Positions 37,246 through 48,256 of a stretch of DNA of 64,000 bases are shown here, piece after piece. The translations under genes and the position numbers were made by a program. A model generated the notes under the pieces. It searched no databases, was not told the DNA's origin, and saw only the letters and a program-made list of their open reading frames with translations. Numbering within the stretch: position 1 is the first letter of the stretch; each line of letters opens with the position of its first letter. The stretch comes from Caldisericia bacterium (GTDB taxonomy: Bacteria; Caldisericota; Caldisericia; JAAYUI01). The stretch is from the NCBI GenBank assembly GCA_963674785.1, contig OY771555.1, positions 1,440,001 through 1,504,000 on the forward strand. Reading direction: 5' to 3'.

Positions 37246-40200
37246 GTGACACATAGAATAATCGGTGATAGGTTTGAACTTAAAAAAAGTTTGAATGAAA
37301 ACCAAACTCTTTGGGAATCGATTGATATTGAGTCTGGAGAAACTGTTCTTATTAGGTTGCTTGATATTTCAAAAAACAGTTCTAGGGGATGGGTTAGACT
37401 CGAATCGAATCTTGAGGAGATAAAAAAGATTGACAGTCAATATGTTGTAAAGACCATCGAATGGGGGGACTGTTCAGAGGGGAAGTACATCGCCATGGAG
37501 TGGTTTGATGGACAGACCTTATCCGAAACAAAACTAGATTTAGCCGATTCGGTCGAGGTTTTGCTGGCTGTTGCGAAGGGATTAAAAGACCTTACCGATA
37601 ATGATGTGATTCATCCCTCCATTTCTGCAAACAAGGTTCTCGTCTCAAGCGATGCAGTTAAAATCTCTGGTTACGATACTCTGATTTCAAATAGAACAAA
37701 AATAAAAAGGATTCGACCTAACGAAATAATCGACACACTTCAGTGGGTGGCTCCTGAGATTCTTACAAAAAGAAAACACAATGTTTTGTCGAACATCTAC
37801 AGTTTCGGCTTATTGGCATATTTTATACTGACTGGAGAGCTACCCTTTAAAGATACAAATCCAAATAGTCTTGTTTGGTCGATCAAGAATTCAACTCCAG
37901 TCCCAGTTTCAAACCTTAATCCTGCAGTTCCGATAACGCTTGAAAACTTGATTCGAAGATTGCTTCACAAAGAGCCGTCATCAAGAATTCAGTCATTTGA
38001 AGAGATAATAAAAAGGCTCGAAAAAAGTTTGACAGAACTTGGAAATAAGTCTTCGATAAGTATTGCAACTGGACTGATGATAAACCGAGGAAGACTGATT
38101 GGTAAACACAAAGAACTTTCTTCGGTTGGAGATGAAATAAGGAATCCATCTGGTAATGTGATTTTGCTTTCAGGCGAGAAAGGGTCTGGGAAAACAAGAT
38201 TTCTACAGGATATAATTAACAATGCGAGAGAGCTTGATATCGATATACTTAGTCTGAATTGTGTTCCATCTATGAAATCAAAATCCTGGTCAGGCTTGGG
38301 GCAAATCATTGAAGAGATAATTGAGGACAATGGAGTTGGTGTAATCGGTAGATCTAAATACAAGGATATTTTCTCGATTATTTATTCCGAGTTCAGCTCG
38401 AGATCAATTCTGATATCCTGCGAGAGTAACTTTGATAAACAGTCTTGGCCAAAACAGCTTGAGATTGCTTTTCCACATTTATTGAAGGAAATTTATAAGG
38501 ATAAAAGAGTGCTTCTTGTTGTTGATGGAATTGAGAATTGTGACAGGGAGACGATTGACTTAATTGGTAAATCTTTAGTTAGCAAAAAACAAGAAAAAGT
38601 AACATCAATTCTTGCTTGTGATGAGGAATTTGTTTTAGAACTTCAAAACAGAATGGGTGTGAAAATAGACTGCAAAATGGTCGAACTTAGACCTCTTTCC
38701 CCTAGCCAGTCTCATGAGATGATTTTAAGCAGTTTGGGTAATTCTGAGATACCCCATTATGTAATTGACACCTTACATACAAAATCGAAAGGGAATCCAT
38801 TAAAACTGCTCCAACTAACAGTTGACCTTGTTTCGAACAAGAAAAACATCATTACTGGGGAAATGCTAGATTCATCGCTTATACCCTCAAGTTTTGAAGA
38901 GATAGCAAAGTTAAGGATTGATGGACTGGCTCTAAAACAGAAGGAAATTCTTTCCGAGGCGGCGGTTATTGGTGAGTCTTTTTCTGAGGGTTTCCTCATT
39001 GAAATCTCTTCAAGTCCCAGGTCGCTTGTTGAGGAAGCTCTTGATTTGGCAGTTATGGCAATGATTTTGACAATGGTTAAAACTGCAAATGGGTTTAAAT
39101 ATCAGTTTGTTTTTTCTGAGCTGCGAGACTATTTGCTTTCATTGATTAACAATGAGCTAGGTAAGCAATTACATGACCGGGCTCACAAAGTAATCAAACG
39201 GGTTTGTGGGGGTAATCTGGATTACAATCTGGAAGAATACGTTTGCCATGTCATGCAGGGAAGCGACCAATCAATGGCGATTCCTCATCTAATGAAGTTA
39301 TCTGTAAAGCTATTGAATGATTCGAGACTTTCAAAAGGTATTGAATATGCAAAGCTAGCAAAAGACCTTGCTGTAAAATCTGGGATAATATCATTCATCA
39401 TAGATTCAGCGATCAACTATTCAAATCTGATGATACTTGAAGGAGATATTGAATCCTCTAAAACGATTCTTTACGGTACACATCGGGCAATGACTCAGGC
39501 TGGTGCGGATGTTTTTAGCGAGGTGAAGCTACTTATTGCAATTGCCAATTTCGAGACAAGATTTGGGGCGATATCAGCATCCGAAAATCAGATAAGAAGA
39601 GCGTACTATAAGCTGGGTAGAAATATTGACAATTCTACTCTTATAAAGCTCCATATCCTTGAGAGTATGAATAATTTTCATATCAATATGGAGACTTCAA
39701 TCTCCCATGCTGATCGAGCTTATGCTATTGCTAAGAAAAATCCCACCTCGGTTCTGAGATGTGGAGCTTTAAGAAATAAAATGACCATATCAACTTTTCT
39801 TGGAGATTTTTCTGATTCAAAAGAGTTGCTAGACGAGATCAGAAGGTACCCAAGAATAGGTGATGGACAGGTTGAGTGTGATTTAGGAACTTCGATCCGA
39901 GAAATAGAGCTTGCTATTGAGTCGGGAGAATATGAGCTTGCTGAGGAACTTATTAACAAGTATCGAGATTATGCAAGAAAGATAGGATCAAGAGTACACA
40001 TAGCTTATAGCCTGTATCTGAAATCGTTAAATCTTTCGCACAAGGGGAGATTGAATCTATCACTTAATTACTCTTTCGATGCATTAGAATTGGCAAGGAA
40101 AATTGGTTACAATAGACTGATCGGAAAAATATTGGTGAATATTGGCTGGGTTTACGTTCATCAAGACAAAATTCTAAAAACTCGTAATGTTATTGAAGAA

Positions 40201-40893
40201 TGCAGAGATTTTGACCGAAAAACAGACGAGATATATAAAACTGAGGGATTGAAAAACTTAGATGGTTGGTGTTCCCTTTTTGATGGTAATCATAAAAGGG
40301 TAATAGAGATGATCAATAAGGTTAACGAACCTGGAGCAAACTTCAAAAGAACCGATATTTTTGATTCAAGAGTTTTGAAGGCAGTCCTTCTGATGAGAAA
40401 TAATGAGTTTAAGGACTCTCTTAAGGAAATCCAAGAAATCAAAAAAGATTTTGAGGACATTATCCACTATCCGACATATTCATGTGAAATCAAACTCCTT
40501 GAAGCAGATCTTGGCTTATCAATGCTTGATGATTCTTTCAAAAAAATGAAATCAAGAAGAAACACAAAATCATTTTTTTCTAGGATTGGCTTGAGTAATG
40601 TTGATCAAAAGAAGGTCACTGAGACCATTATTGACCAAGCATATATTGAGGCCATTTCATCAGGTCTAGAACTTTATTCAGTGTTAGCTCTGATGGCCAG
40701 AGTAAGATTTCATCTAATCATGTTTGACTATGAAGAAAAGGATAAAAAACAGCATCTTGATAAAATTAAGGAGCTTATAGACATCATCTCTGAGCTTTCA
40801 AGTCAGATGTTCAATCCAAAGCTAACTCAGCAGATGGGGGAATTGGTTGCTGAGTACAATTTAAGAGAAAACCTCTTAAAAGGCTTGGTGTGA
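37246..40893 (+). CDS. degenerate Ser/Thr kinase domain + AAA/STAND ATPase + TPR-like helical repeats
   Basis: Kinase-fold remnants ('WVAPE', 'NIYSFG') without catalytic motifs; Walker A GEKGSGKT; 'KGNPL'. Start GTG 37246 or ATG 37237. Confidence 0.85.
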   Translation: MTHRIIGDRFELKKSLNENQTLWESIDIESGETVLIRLLDISKNSSRGWVRLESNLEEIKKIDSQYVVKTIEWGDCSEGKYIAMEWFDGQTLSETKLDLADSVEVLLAVAKGLKDLTDNDVIHPSISANKVLVSSDAVKISGYDTLISNRTKIKRIRPNEIIDTLQWVAPEILTKRKHNVLSNIYSFGLLAYFILTGELPFKDTNPNSLVWSIKNSTPVPVSNLNPAVPITLENLIRRLLHKEPSSRIQSFEEIIKRLEKSLTELGNKSSISIATGLMINRGRLIGKHKELSSVGDEIRNPSGNVILLSGEKGSGKTRFLQDIINNARELDIDILSLNCVPSMKSKSWSGLGQIIEEIIEDNGVGVIGRSKYKDIFSIIYSEFSSRSILISCESNFDKQSWPKQLEIAFPHLLKEIYKDKRVLLVVDGIENCDRETIDLIGKSLVSKKQEKVTSILACDEEFVLELQNRMGVKIDCKMVELRPLSPSQSHEMILSSLGNSEIPHYVIDTLHTKSKGNPLKLLQLTVDLVSNKKNIITGEMLDSSLIPSSFEEIAKLRIDGLALKQKEILSEAAVIGESFSEGFLIEISSSPRSLVEEALDLAVMAMILTMVKTANGFKYQFVFSELRDYLLSLINNELGKQLHDRAHKVIKRVCGGNLDYNLEEYVCHVMQGSDQSMAIPHLMKLSVKLLNDSRLSKGIEYAKLAKDLAVKSGIISFIIDSAINYSNLMILEGDIESSKTILYGTHRAMTQAGADVFSEVKLLIAIANFETRFGAISASENQIRRAYYKLGRNIDNSTLIKLHILESMNNFHINMETSISHADRAYAIAKKNPTSVLRCGALRNKMTISTFLGDFSDSKELLDEIRRYPRIGDGQVECDLGTSIREIELAIESGEYELAEELINKYRDYARKIGSRVHIAYSLYLKSLNLSHKGRLNLSLNYSFDALELARKIGYNRLIGKILVNIGWVYVHQDKILKTRNVIEECRDFDRKTDEIYKTEGLKNLDGWCSLFDGNHKRVIEMINKVNEPGANFKRTDIFDSRVLKAVLLMRNNEFKDSLKEIQEIKKDFEDIIHYPTYSCEIKLLEADLGLSMLDDSFKKMKSRRNTKSFFSRIGLSNVDQKKVTETIIDQAYIEAISSGLELYSVLALMARVRFHLIMFDYEEKDKKQHLDKIKELIDIISELSSQMFNPKLTQQMGELVAEYNLRENLLKGLV

Positions 40894-43800
40894 AGAATTT
40901 AGGGAACTACGAGGTTTTATCAAAAATTGGTGTTGGTGGTGCTGGAGTTGTATACAAAGGAAAACATTTTGAAACGGGAGAGATTGTTGCGATAAAAACT
41001 TTTTCACCTCCAGAAGGTCTGAAACGAGAATCTCTGGAAAAGCTCGCTCACAGGTTCACGCAGGAAATTGACCTCTTAAAATCGTTTGACCACAAAAATA
41101 TTGTAAGATTTATTGATGCAATTAATACTGGTGATGAAAAGTTTTTTGTTATGGAGTATATTGATAATATCTCTCCTAAGATCGGTGAAAAGTGGCCGGT
41201 TGATCTTGTTGTTGATGTTATTATTCAGATTTCTCGAGCTTTAGAGTATGCTCACAATAAAGGTATTATCCACAGAGATATTAAGCCTGAAAATATTTTG
41301 GTTGGCGGATCGTTCGAAAACCCCGAATCCAAATTGACTGATTTTGGAATTGCATTTAAAACCCAAGATGTTTCGAGAATGACTGTTACTGGAGAGATTA
41401 TCGGAACATTCTTTTACATGTCTCCTGAGCAGATTGAATCCAGAGGATGCACACAAAGAACAGACATATATGCTCTCGGTCTTGTTGCTTATGAGTTTTT
41501 GACTGGAAAACGTGTGCATGATGGGAATACTCCTGCAAAGGTGATAGGTCAGATAATGCTTTCTTCTCCGCCACCACCTTCCTTCTTTAGACCTGAGATT
41601 CCCGACTGCTTGGATAAATTGATATTACGTTGTATTAGAAAAGATGAGGATGCAAGATTCCAGAGCGCAAAAGAGCTTTTGTATGAATTAGAGAGCCTCA
41701 GGGCAATTGGTTTTGATGGTTCGCAGACAAGACAGATAACCTTCACAACTCAGTTTTCACCGCTTGTTGGCAGAGATAAAGAATTATTAGAGCTAACTCA
41801 TCTTCTTGCGGAAGTAAAAGAGAAATCATCAAAATATGTCTATCTTGTTGGACCAACTGGAATCGGCAAAACAAGATTGGCCGGTGAGTTGAGCTCTGTT
41901 GCAAGGTCATGGGGTGCAAGCTATATTCCTGTTTCGGTTACAAGAACCGAATCAAAAAATCCATTCGGTGTTATTGCAAAAATTGCTGAGAATTTGATTG
42001 CAGAAAAGATTCCTGAAGAGAAATGGGTTAGAGTTGGGTTAGCATCACTTTCAACATCTCTTGCAAAAAAACTTGGAACCGACCCACCGAACCTCAACTC
42101 AAAGGAACTATTCCATTTGATTGAGGATGCGATTATCTGGCTACTAAGAGACAGATGTAAAAAATCAACTGTGCTTGTGACTGTCGATGATTCTCAATGG
42201 TCTGATTCTGGTTCAGCAGCTATTGCTGAAAAAATAATTAACTATGTAGATGATATTTCATTGTGTGTAGTTTTTACGATCAATACAGATATGACTTCAC
42301 CGAGATCGCTTGTGTATAAGATGGTAGAAAAAACAAGACCGAGATGCAAAGTGATTAGACTTCAGCAACTTAGCAATCTTGATGTTAAGCAATACATTCA
42401 AAATACACTTGCCGTAAGTACTATACCTGAAGAATTATTGGATTTTATCTGCAAGGAAGCTGGGGGAAACCCACTTTATATCGCTGAATTGTTAAGATCG
42501 GTTATAAAAAATGGTAGCGTAAAAAGAGATAATGGGATACTATCTGTTGACAAGGAAAGACTTATTGTTCCTGACAAACTACTTAAATATCAGAATTTAG
42601 CGTTTTCAAATCTTGATGAGAGAACTGGTAATCTCATAACTGTTGCGGCTGTAATTGGTCCAACTTTTTCTGCAAAACTACTTTCTGAGGTTTCTGGATA
42701 CAAGATATTTGATGTTCACTCTCATCTTGACCATGCCCTAACAAATCAGGTGCTTCGTGTCATGATGACTCCAAATGGAAACGTCTACAGTTTTTCACAT
42801 GAACAGATGAGAATAAATCTTGTAAATTCAACAAGTTTGCATTTTAGGCAAGGAGTTTCTCAAAGAACCGCACAAGCAATAGAAAACCTATATTCGGGAC
42901 AGATCGAAAACCATATTGAGAGGCTTATTTATCATTATCTACACGGTCTTACACCGACAAGTGCTATCCCATACCTCCTTAAGGCTGGCAGATTCTCAGC
43001 TGACCGATTCTATCATAAGGAAGCATCAATTCATGTAAACAGAGCCCTTCGCCTGGCTGAAGAAAATGGATTGAATAAGTTTGTTGTTTTATCTATGGAA
43101 TTGCTCGCTGATATAAACCAAAACCTTGGAAAATCAAAGGATGCTCTTGAAAAGATTGAAAAAGCTCTTGAATATTCAAAACTTGTAGAAGATATAAAAG
43201 TGGACTACAAAGCTAGACTTTTTAGGAAGTATGCCAATTATAGAAAAACTGCGACAGGAGAAATTTCCGAGAGCATAGGTATGATAGAAAAGGCACTTGA
43301 TTTGTTATCCAATTCTGAGAATTTGGATGAAATTGCAAGATCAGAATTGGCTTATGCGAGCCTTATAAGAGATCCGAATGAAGCACTTAAACATATAGAT
43401 AAGGCTCTAAAAATCTTCGAACAACTTGAAAACAATAGCATGCTTGTGAATGGGTATGGCACAAAAGCGAATTTGCTTAGGAAGATGAATAGAATCGATG
43501 AGACTGTAGAGGTTTTAGAAGAAGCCCGATCGATCGGTGAAAAGAATGGTTTAGAGGCGTCACTCGAAGGCATCTATGCGACACTTGCAAGTGTCATGTT
43601 TAATAAAATCAGTGATGTTGCCAAGGGTAAGATGTATGCAATGAAGGCAAGGAAGCTTGCCAGAAGAACTGAAAACCTTGGTCTTGTCGGATTCATGAAT
43701 TATGTTGAGGCATTCCAGCTTTATCAATTTGGAATACTTGATGAGTCAGAAAAACTACTCCTTGAATCGCTTGAGATCTGGGAAAAACTTGGACAAAAAC

Positions 43801-44543
43801 CAAGACTTTTCAGTACGATGGCACTTTTGGCATGGGTTTATCTTGAACTTGGAAACTTAAAAAAAGGTTTTGAGTATCTCAATAAATCAAAGGAGCTTCA
43901 TGACAGTTCAAATCCAGGCGATGTTGATATCGACCTTGTATGTCTTGAAATCGATCTACTCAAAGAGAGCGACCAAAAGAAGGAAGCTATAGCTTTAGCA
44001 CAGCAGAACTTGAAAAATCTGGATGACCAGACTGTTGTCAGCAAAATAAACTTTTATTATGCCTTGGCTTCTTTATATATTGATAGTGATGACATCAAGA
44101 ATGCATGGAAATATCTGAAAACCTCTCGAGATCTATTAGGTGATCAGAAGTCTTTATATATGGATTTTATTACTCTTATCTCATATGCAAAGATTTTGAC
44201 GCAGATAATGCAAAGATGCGAAAATGTCAATTACTTGTCGAAGATGCTTATGCTAGCGGGGACTGGATTGATAGGAAAAGATTTGTTATCACTTACGCAG
44301 TCAGTTTATGAGGATGCTTTCTTGTCAGCGCTCAATGGTGGAAACAAGCTACATGTTGTTAGATATTATCTTGAACATAGCAGATTTTTAAGAGAGAGTC
44401 TCAAGTATAAAGATAAAGAAAGCAATGGCACAGACCCCCTTATTGCTTCGGAATTGACGATTGCTGAGGAATTGGTGAAGGAGCTTTACCATCCAAAGAT
44501 CGAATCTCAAATACATGTCGAGATCAACAAAATATATAAATAG
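40890..44543 (+). CDS. Hanks-type Ser/Thr kinase + AAA/STAND ATPase + TPR repeats
   Basis: GVGGAGVV, VAIK, HRDIKPEN, DFG, YMSPEQ; 'LVGRDKEL', GPTGIGKT, 'VDDSQW', 'GGNPLY'. Confidence 0.92.
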   Translation: MKNLGNYEVLSKIGVGGAGVVYKGKHFETGEIVAIKTFSPPEGLKRESLEKLAHRFTQEIDLLKSFDHKNIVRFIDAINTGDEKFFVMEYIDNISPKIGEKWPVDLVVDVIIQISRALEYAHNKGIIHRDIKPENILVGGSFENPESKLTDFGIAFKTQDVSRMTVTGEIIGTFFYMSPEQIESRGCTQRTDIYALGLVAYEFLTGKRVHDGNTPAKVIGQIMLSSPPPPSFFRPEIPDCLDKLILRCIRKDEDARFQSAKELLYELESLRAIGFDGSQTRQITFTTQFSPLVGRDKELLELTHLLAEVKEKSSKYVYLVGPTGIGKTRLAGELSSVARSWGASYIPVSVTRTESKNPFGVIAKIAENLIAEKIPEEKWVRVGLASLSTSLAKKLGTDPPNLNSKELFHLIEDAIIWLLRDRCKKSTVLVTVDDSQWSDSGSAAIAEKIINYVDDISLCVVFTINTDMTSPRSLVYKMVEKTRPRCKVIRLQQLSNLDVKQYIQNTLAVSTIPEELLDFICKEAGGNPLYIAELLRSVIKNGSVKRDNGILSVDKERLIVPDKLLKYQNLAFSNLDERTGNLITVAAVIGPTFSAKLLSEVSGYKIFDVHSHLDHALTNQVLRVMMTPNGNVYSFSHEQMRINLVNSTSLHFRQGVSQRTAQAIENLYSGQIENHIERLIYHYLHGLTPTSAIPYLLKAGRFSADRFYHKEASIHVNRALRLAEENGLNKFVVLSMELLADINQNLGKSKDALEKIEKALEYSKLVEDIKVDYKARLFRKYANYRKTATGEISESIGMIEKALDLLSNSENLDEIARSELAYASLIRDPNEALKHIDKALKIFEQLENNSMLVNGYGTKANLLRKMNRIDETVEVLEEARSIGEKNGLEASLEGIYATLASVMFNKISDVAKGKMYAMKARKLARRTENLGLVGFMNYVEAFQLYQFGILDESEKLLLESLEIWEKLGQKPRLFSTMALLAWVYLELGNLKKGFEYLNKSKELHDSSNPGDVDIDLVCLEIDLLKESDQKKEAIALAQQNLKNLDDQTVVSKINFYYALASLYIDSDDIKNAWKYLKTSRDLLGDQKSLYMDFITLISYAKILTQIMQRCENVNYLSKMLMLAGTGLIGKDLLSLTQSVYEDAFLSALNGGNKLHVVRYYLEHSRFLRESLKYKDKESNGTDPLIASELTIAEELVKELYHPKIESQIHVEINKIYK

Positions 44544-44564
44544 TAAGTTTCAGGTGGTTTACAA

Positions 44565-45740
44565 ATGAAAAAACTCATTTTGGTTTGTTTGATGTTGTTC
44601 GTTGCTGTTTTTCCTAACCCTAGACACTTATCTGCTGTTGATTCAAATGAGTCTTCAGTGAACATAGATTTTGTCTCAGATTCAAATAAATATTTTGTGG
44701 AAGGCAAAGAATTTGAAATGGATTCTGAATGTGTCAATAGAAATTCAAGAACATTTATTGTTGCAAGGTATCTAATAGAAGCTCTGGATGGAGAGATTTC
44801 CTGGGATGATGAATTAAAAACTGTTGGGATAACCTGCAGGAGACACAAAATCTCTCTTCAAATTGATAATCCTGTTGCAAAGGTAGATGGGATTGATTTA
44901 AAAATCGATACTGATGAGATTATCACCCCATTCATATACAAAGACCGAACACTTGTACCGATCAGGTTTATTTCTGAATCTTTGGGTGGGGATGTCTCAT
45001 GGATAGCTGAGACAAAAAGAGTTCGATTGAATTTTACAAAAAAGGAACTTAAAAATATTTGTTTTCTTCATCATTCCTGTGGCTCAAATTGGATTCGTGA
45101 AGGCAAAATCAGGGAAGGACTGACAGAGCTTGGCTTTGATTTTTATGATCATGGATACAATAGCCAGGGATTGACACTTACTGACGGGAAAAAAGCTGGT
45201 TATTCCTACGATGTTCCGGGTGACAATACTAACCCAGATGGATTTGCTACAATCTTTTCTCAGGAAAAAACCGATCCACCAGATAACACATTATCACATC
45301 TGCTACAATATGATGTGATCGCCTTTAAGTCTTGTTACCCCGTTTCAAATATCCGTGACTCAAATCAGCTCGAGAAATATAAAGGTTACTACAGAGAAAT
45401 AGCAAAAAATACAAGCAAATATCCAGATAAGCTTTTTATCATTGTTACACAACCTCCACTCGTCAAAAGTGGGGATTCAAGTACCCAGAGGGCAGCGTTA
45501 GCAAGAGAGTTTGCCGATTGGCTAAAATCAGATGAGCTGCTGCTTGGGCATCCAAACCTTATCACTTTTGATTGGTTTGGTCTTCTTGCTGAAGACGACC
45601 CCGATTCTGATAATTTCAACAATCTGAAAGAAGAGTATTCAAAAGGTGGCGGGGACAACCACCCGAATAAACTTGCAAATGAGTTGACCGCCCCAGAGTT
45701 TATCAAGTTTATTTCAGAGAATGCGGTTTTGTTTGATTAG
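44565..45740 (+). CDS. secreted protein: stalk (Cu amine oxidase N-like) domain + SGNH-like hydrolase domain
   Basis: Signal peptide; 'RTLVPIRFISESLGG.V.W'; 'FLHHSCG', 'FKSCYP', 'GDNHPN'. Confidence 0.75.
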   Translation: MKKLILVCLMLFVAVFPNPRHLSAVDSNESSVNIDFVSDSNKYFVEGKEFEMDSECVNRNSRTFIVARYLIEALDGEISWDDELKTVGITCRRHKISLQIDNPVAKVDGIDLKIDTDEIITPFIYKDRTLVPIRFISESLGGDVSWIAETKRVRLNFTKKELKNICFLHHSCGSNWIREGKIREGLTELGFDFYDHGYNSQGLTLTDGKKAGYSYDVPGDNTNPDGFATIFSQEKTDPPDNTLSHLLQYDVIAFKSCYPVSNIRDSNQLEKYKGYYREIAKNTSKYPDKLFIIVTQPPLVKSGDSSTQRAALAREFADWLKSDELLLGHPNLITFDWFGLLAEDDPDSDNFNNLKEEYSKGGGDNHPNKLANELTAPEFIKFISENAVLFD

Positions 45741-47446
45741 TCTCCAATTTCAAATGGTTCACCAAAAGCAACATTAATAGATTCAGAGTTATCACCCCAC
45801 TCGATTACCAATGGTTTTAGCTTATACTTTTCTCTGATTTCATTGTTGTACCAATCATACTCCTCATTTATTGGGGTTGTTTTTGTCAAAAGATTTTGAG
45901 TAACAGTAACAAACCTAGTTTCATCAGGTAAAAGAGTAAAGTTGCTCTCAGAAACATTGTACTTTTCATCCTCTGTGAAAAGGTTGAACTCTACCTCTTC
46001 ATCAGTGTTGTTGATTATTGAAAATGTGTCCTCTGATTCGTAATCCCAGAATTCAGCCATTGAAAAAGGCATATCCGATAACCATGGAAATATAACATTT
46101 TTGTCGGGGATAATAACTACTTTACATGAGTCCTTTTTAACAAAACAAACACTATTCCCTATCAACAGGAAATCATCTGAAATGTATGTATCCAGAATAT
46201 CAGTTTTGCCCCGATGATAGAATTCACATCCAATATTATTTATCACACCTGTTTGTTGATCAATCGATTGTAGTATCGCTGTATCATTCTCTACATATCT
46301 CATGGAGATTAATGTAGTATCGAGCACCTTAAATGAGGAAAATTCTAACCCGGAGGTTTCCCAAATCTTTTTTCCGTCAATCAGGTTTATGCAGGCAATC
46401 TCTCGATTACTATTTCTTAAAAATAATTTATCATCCTTCAAAACTACTTGTGCGTATCCATTAGAACCTAAAAAATCATTGTAATCCCAAATCTGGTTGC
46501 CCTTTCTGTCGATATATTGAAGGTAATTACCAGATAATTTTAGTTTATTGTTCCCAATAGCACATTCTGGGTTTCTAGAATTAACTATTGTTTGATATGA
46601 AATTGGGTACACTTCTTTGTATTCGTCTTGATTATAATAATTGATGATGAGTTTATTGTTATTATGTAAAACATCATGGATTTGATATTTGTCATAAGTT
46701 AGATAGTAATCCCAAAGAACTTTGTATTCGGATAGCTTTATTGCGACAATACCATTTCCCCCAAGAAGTATCGCTTCATCATCTTTTTCCGAGATATATA
46801 TAATAAAACTGGCATAAAGTTTTGTTTCATCTCGGTTATCTAGATACATGTAATCCTCAGAACTTCCAGGAATATGTTGAAAAAAGAGTCCCTTGTTGAT
46901 GTAGTAAAGTGTTGAGTTTTGAAGCTCAAATTCTCTTAAGTTTCTGTTTTTTGAGTTTGTAAATGAGATTGGGTTAGACTCTTTTACATCTAAGTATTCT
47001 CCAGATTTCATATTAATTTCATATGGTCTTTTTTCAAAAAATCCTGGGCCAATCGATATATCTTTGGTAACAAGTAATCTTCCATTTTTTGTGAAGTAAT
47101 TATTTGAAAAATCCGAATACATGTTACCGCTAATCCACAAAAGTACATACTCATCTTCTAGATCTTTTGGAAAATCTGTTAAGAATACTTCTTGTTTTGG
47201 TGGAGGGACTTCTTGAAAAACGATTTCCGGGATCTGTGTTTCATCAATGGATGAATAACTTAAATTCCCCATAAGATTATTCTTATCAGAAGCATCAATA
47301 TCCTGATCGTTTTTTTCATCTGGTGTTTCATCCTGAGTCAAGTTGATTTCATCTCTCGTTTTTGGATCTATTTCTAATGTCGAATTACATCCAATAATCC
47401 CAAGAACTAAAACTAAAGCCAAGAATGATTTGATAAATCTACCCAC
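45737..47446 (-). CDS. lipoprotein with PQQ-like beta-propeller repeats
   Basis: Lipobox IIGC; 'IACINLIDGKKIW', 'KGNQIWDY'. Confidence 0.75.
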   Translation of the reverse strand: MGRFIKSFLALVLVLGIIGCNSTLEIDPKTRDEINLTQDETPDEKNDQDIDASDKNNLMGNLSYSSIDETQIPEIVFQEVPPPKQEVFLTDFPKDLEDEYVLLWISGNMYSDFSNNYFTKNGRLLVTKDISIGPGFFEKRPYEINMKSGEYLDVKESNPISFTNSKNRNLREFELQNSTLYYINKGLFFQHIPGSSEDYMYLDNRDETKLYASFIIYISEKDDEAILLGGNGIVAIKLSEYKVLWDYYLTYDKYQIHDVLHNNNKLIINYYNQDEYKEVYPISYQTIVNSRNPECAIGNNKLKLSGNYLQYIDRKGNQIWDYNDFLGSNGYAQVVLKDDKLFLRNSNREIACINLIDGKKIWETSGLEFSSFKVLDTTLISMRYVENDTAILQSIDQQTGVINNIGCEFYHRGKTDILDTYISDDFLLIGNSVCFVKKDSCKVVIIPDKNVIFPWLSDMPFSMAEFWDYESEDTFSIINNTDEEVEFNLFTEDEKYNVSESNFTLLPDETRFVTVTQNLLTKTTPINEEYDWYNNEIREKYKLKPLVIEWGDNSESINVAFGEPFEIGD

Positions 47447-47487
47447 ACGTTCCTCCTGCTTTTCTATGCTAGATAAAAAATTGTTTG

Positions 47488-48219
47488 TTATTTTTTATCC
47501 GACAAAAATCCCAAATCCACTTTCTTTTTTGAGTCAGTCTTTTTTGTTTTTCTGACAGATCTCTTTGTTTTTGGTTTATCTACTTCTTTTTTTGATGCCT
47601 CAGCTTTTATGCTTTTCGACTCAGTTTTCTTCTTGGTTTGAGACGATTTCGTCTTTTCTTTCAGTTTTACAGAAATAGATTCCATGAATTTTTTATCGAT
47701 GACAGTTACTTCATCAACGGTTGAACGCAAGTCGTCATGTGGAGTTTTTCCGCAGAAAAGATGAACAACTACACCTTCACTTTTTATCACATGTAACGCA
47801 GGGATAAAATCAGAATCCCCTGCAAGGATTGAAGCGTGAGTGATAAGCCCTTTTGTTGCAAGCATTACAAGGTCAACGCCAAACATCAGATCAACCCGCT
47901 TTTGCTCATATATTGGGTGACCTTTTTGGTCTTTTCCTCGATACTGAAGTTGACCTAGCCTGTTTTCAAATCGTGGGACGGTTTCTAGTTTTTTGAAAAA
48001 CTCTGTTTTTTCTTCGTAAAGCTCTTTTTGCCAGTCGGTTGGTTCATCAACAATATATGGCGGACAGTGGTAATAGTATGACCTCAAAAGATCATATCCA
48101 TTACTCATTTTGTCTGTTAAAAGCTTGTAGTCTACCTCAAACCCATCCCATTCATTTTTAAGAAGGGCATCAAGATAGCCCCCATCAATAAAATTTGCTA
48201 CTCTATTCATATCCTTCAT
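47488..48219 (-). CDS. NYN-domain (LabA/DUF88, PIN-like) protein with Lys-rich C-terminal tail
   Basis: 'FIDGGYL', 'EQKRVDL', 'AGDSDFIP', 'GVVV'. Confidence 0.88.
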   Translation of the reverse strand: MKDMNRVANFIDGGYLDALLKNEWDGFEVDYKLLTDKMSNGYDLLRSYYYHCPPYIVDEPTDWQKELYEEKTEFFKKLETVPRFENRLGQLQYRGKDQKGHPIYEQKRVDLMFGVDLVMLATKGLITHASILAGDSDFIPALHVIKSEGVVVHLFCGKTPHDDLRSTVDEVTVIDKKFMESISVKLKEKTKSSQTKKKTESKSIKAEASKKEVDKPKTKRSVRKTKKTDSKKKVDLGFLSDKK

Positions 48220-48256
48220 GATAGTTTGTTTTTTTTATATAGCAAATTTTTGATGA

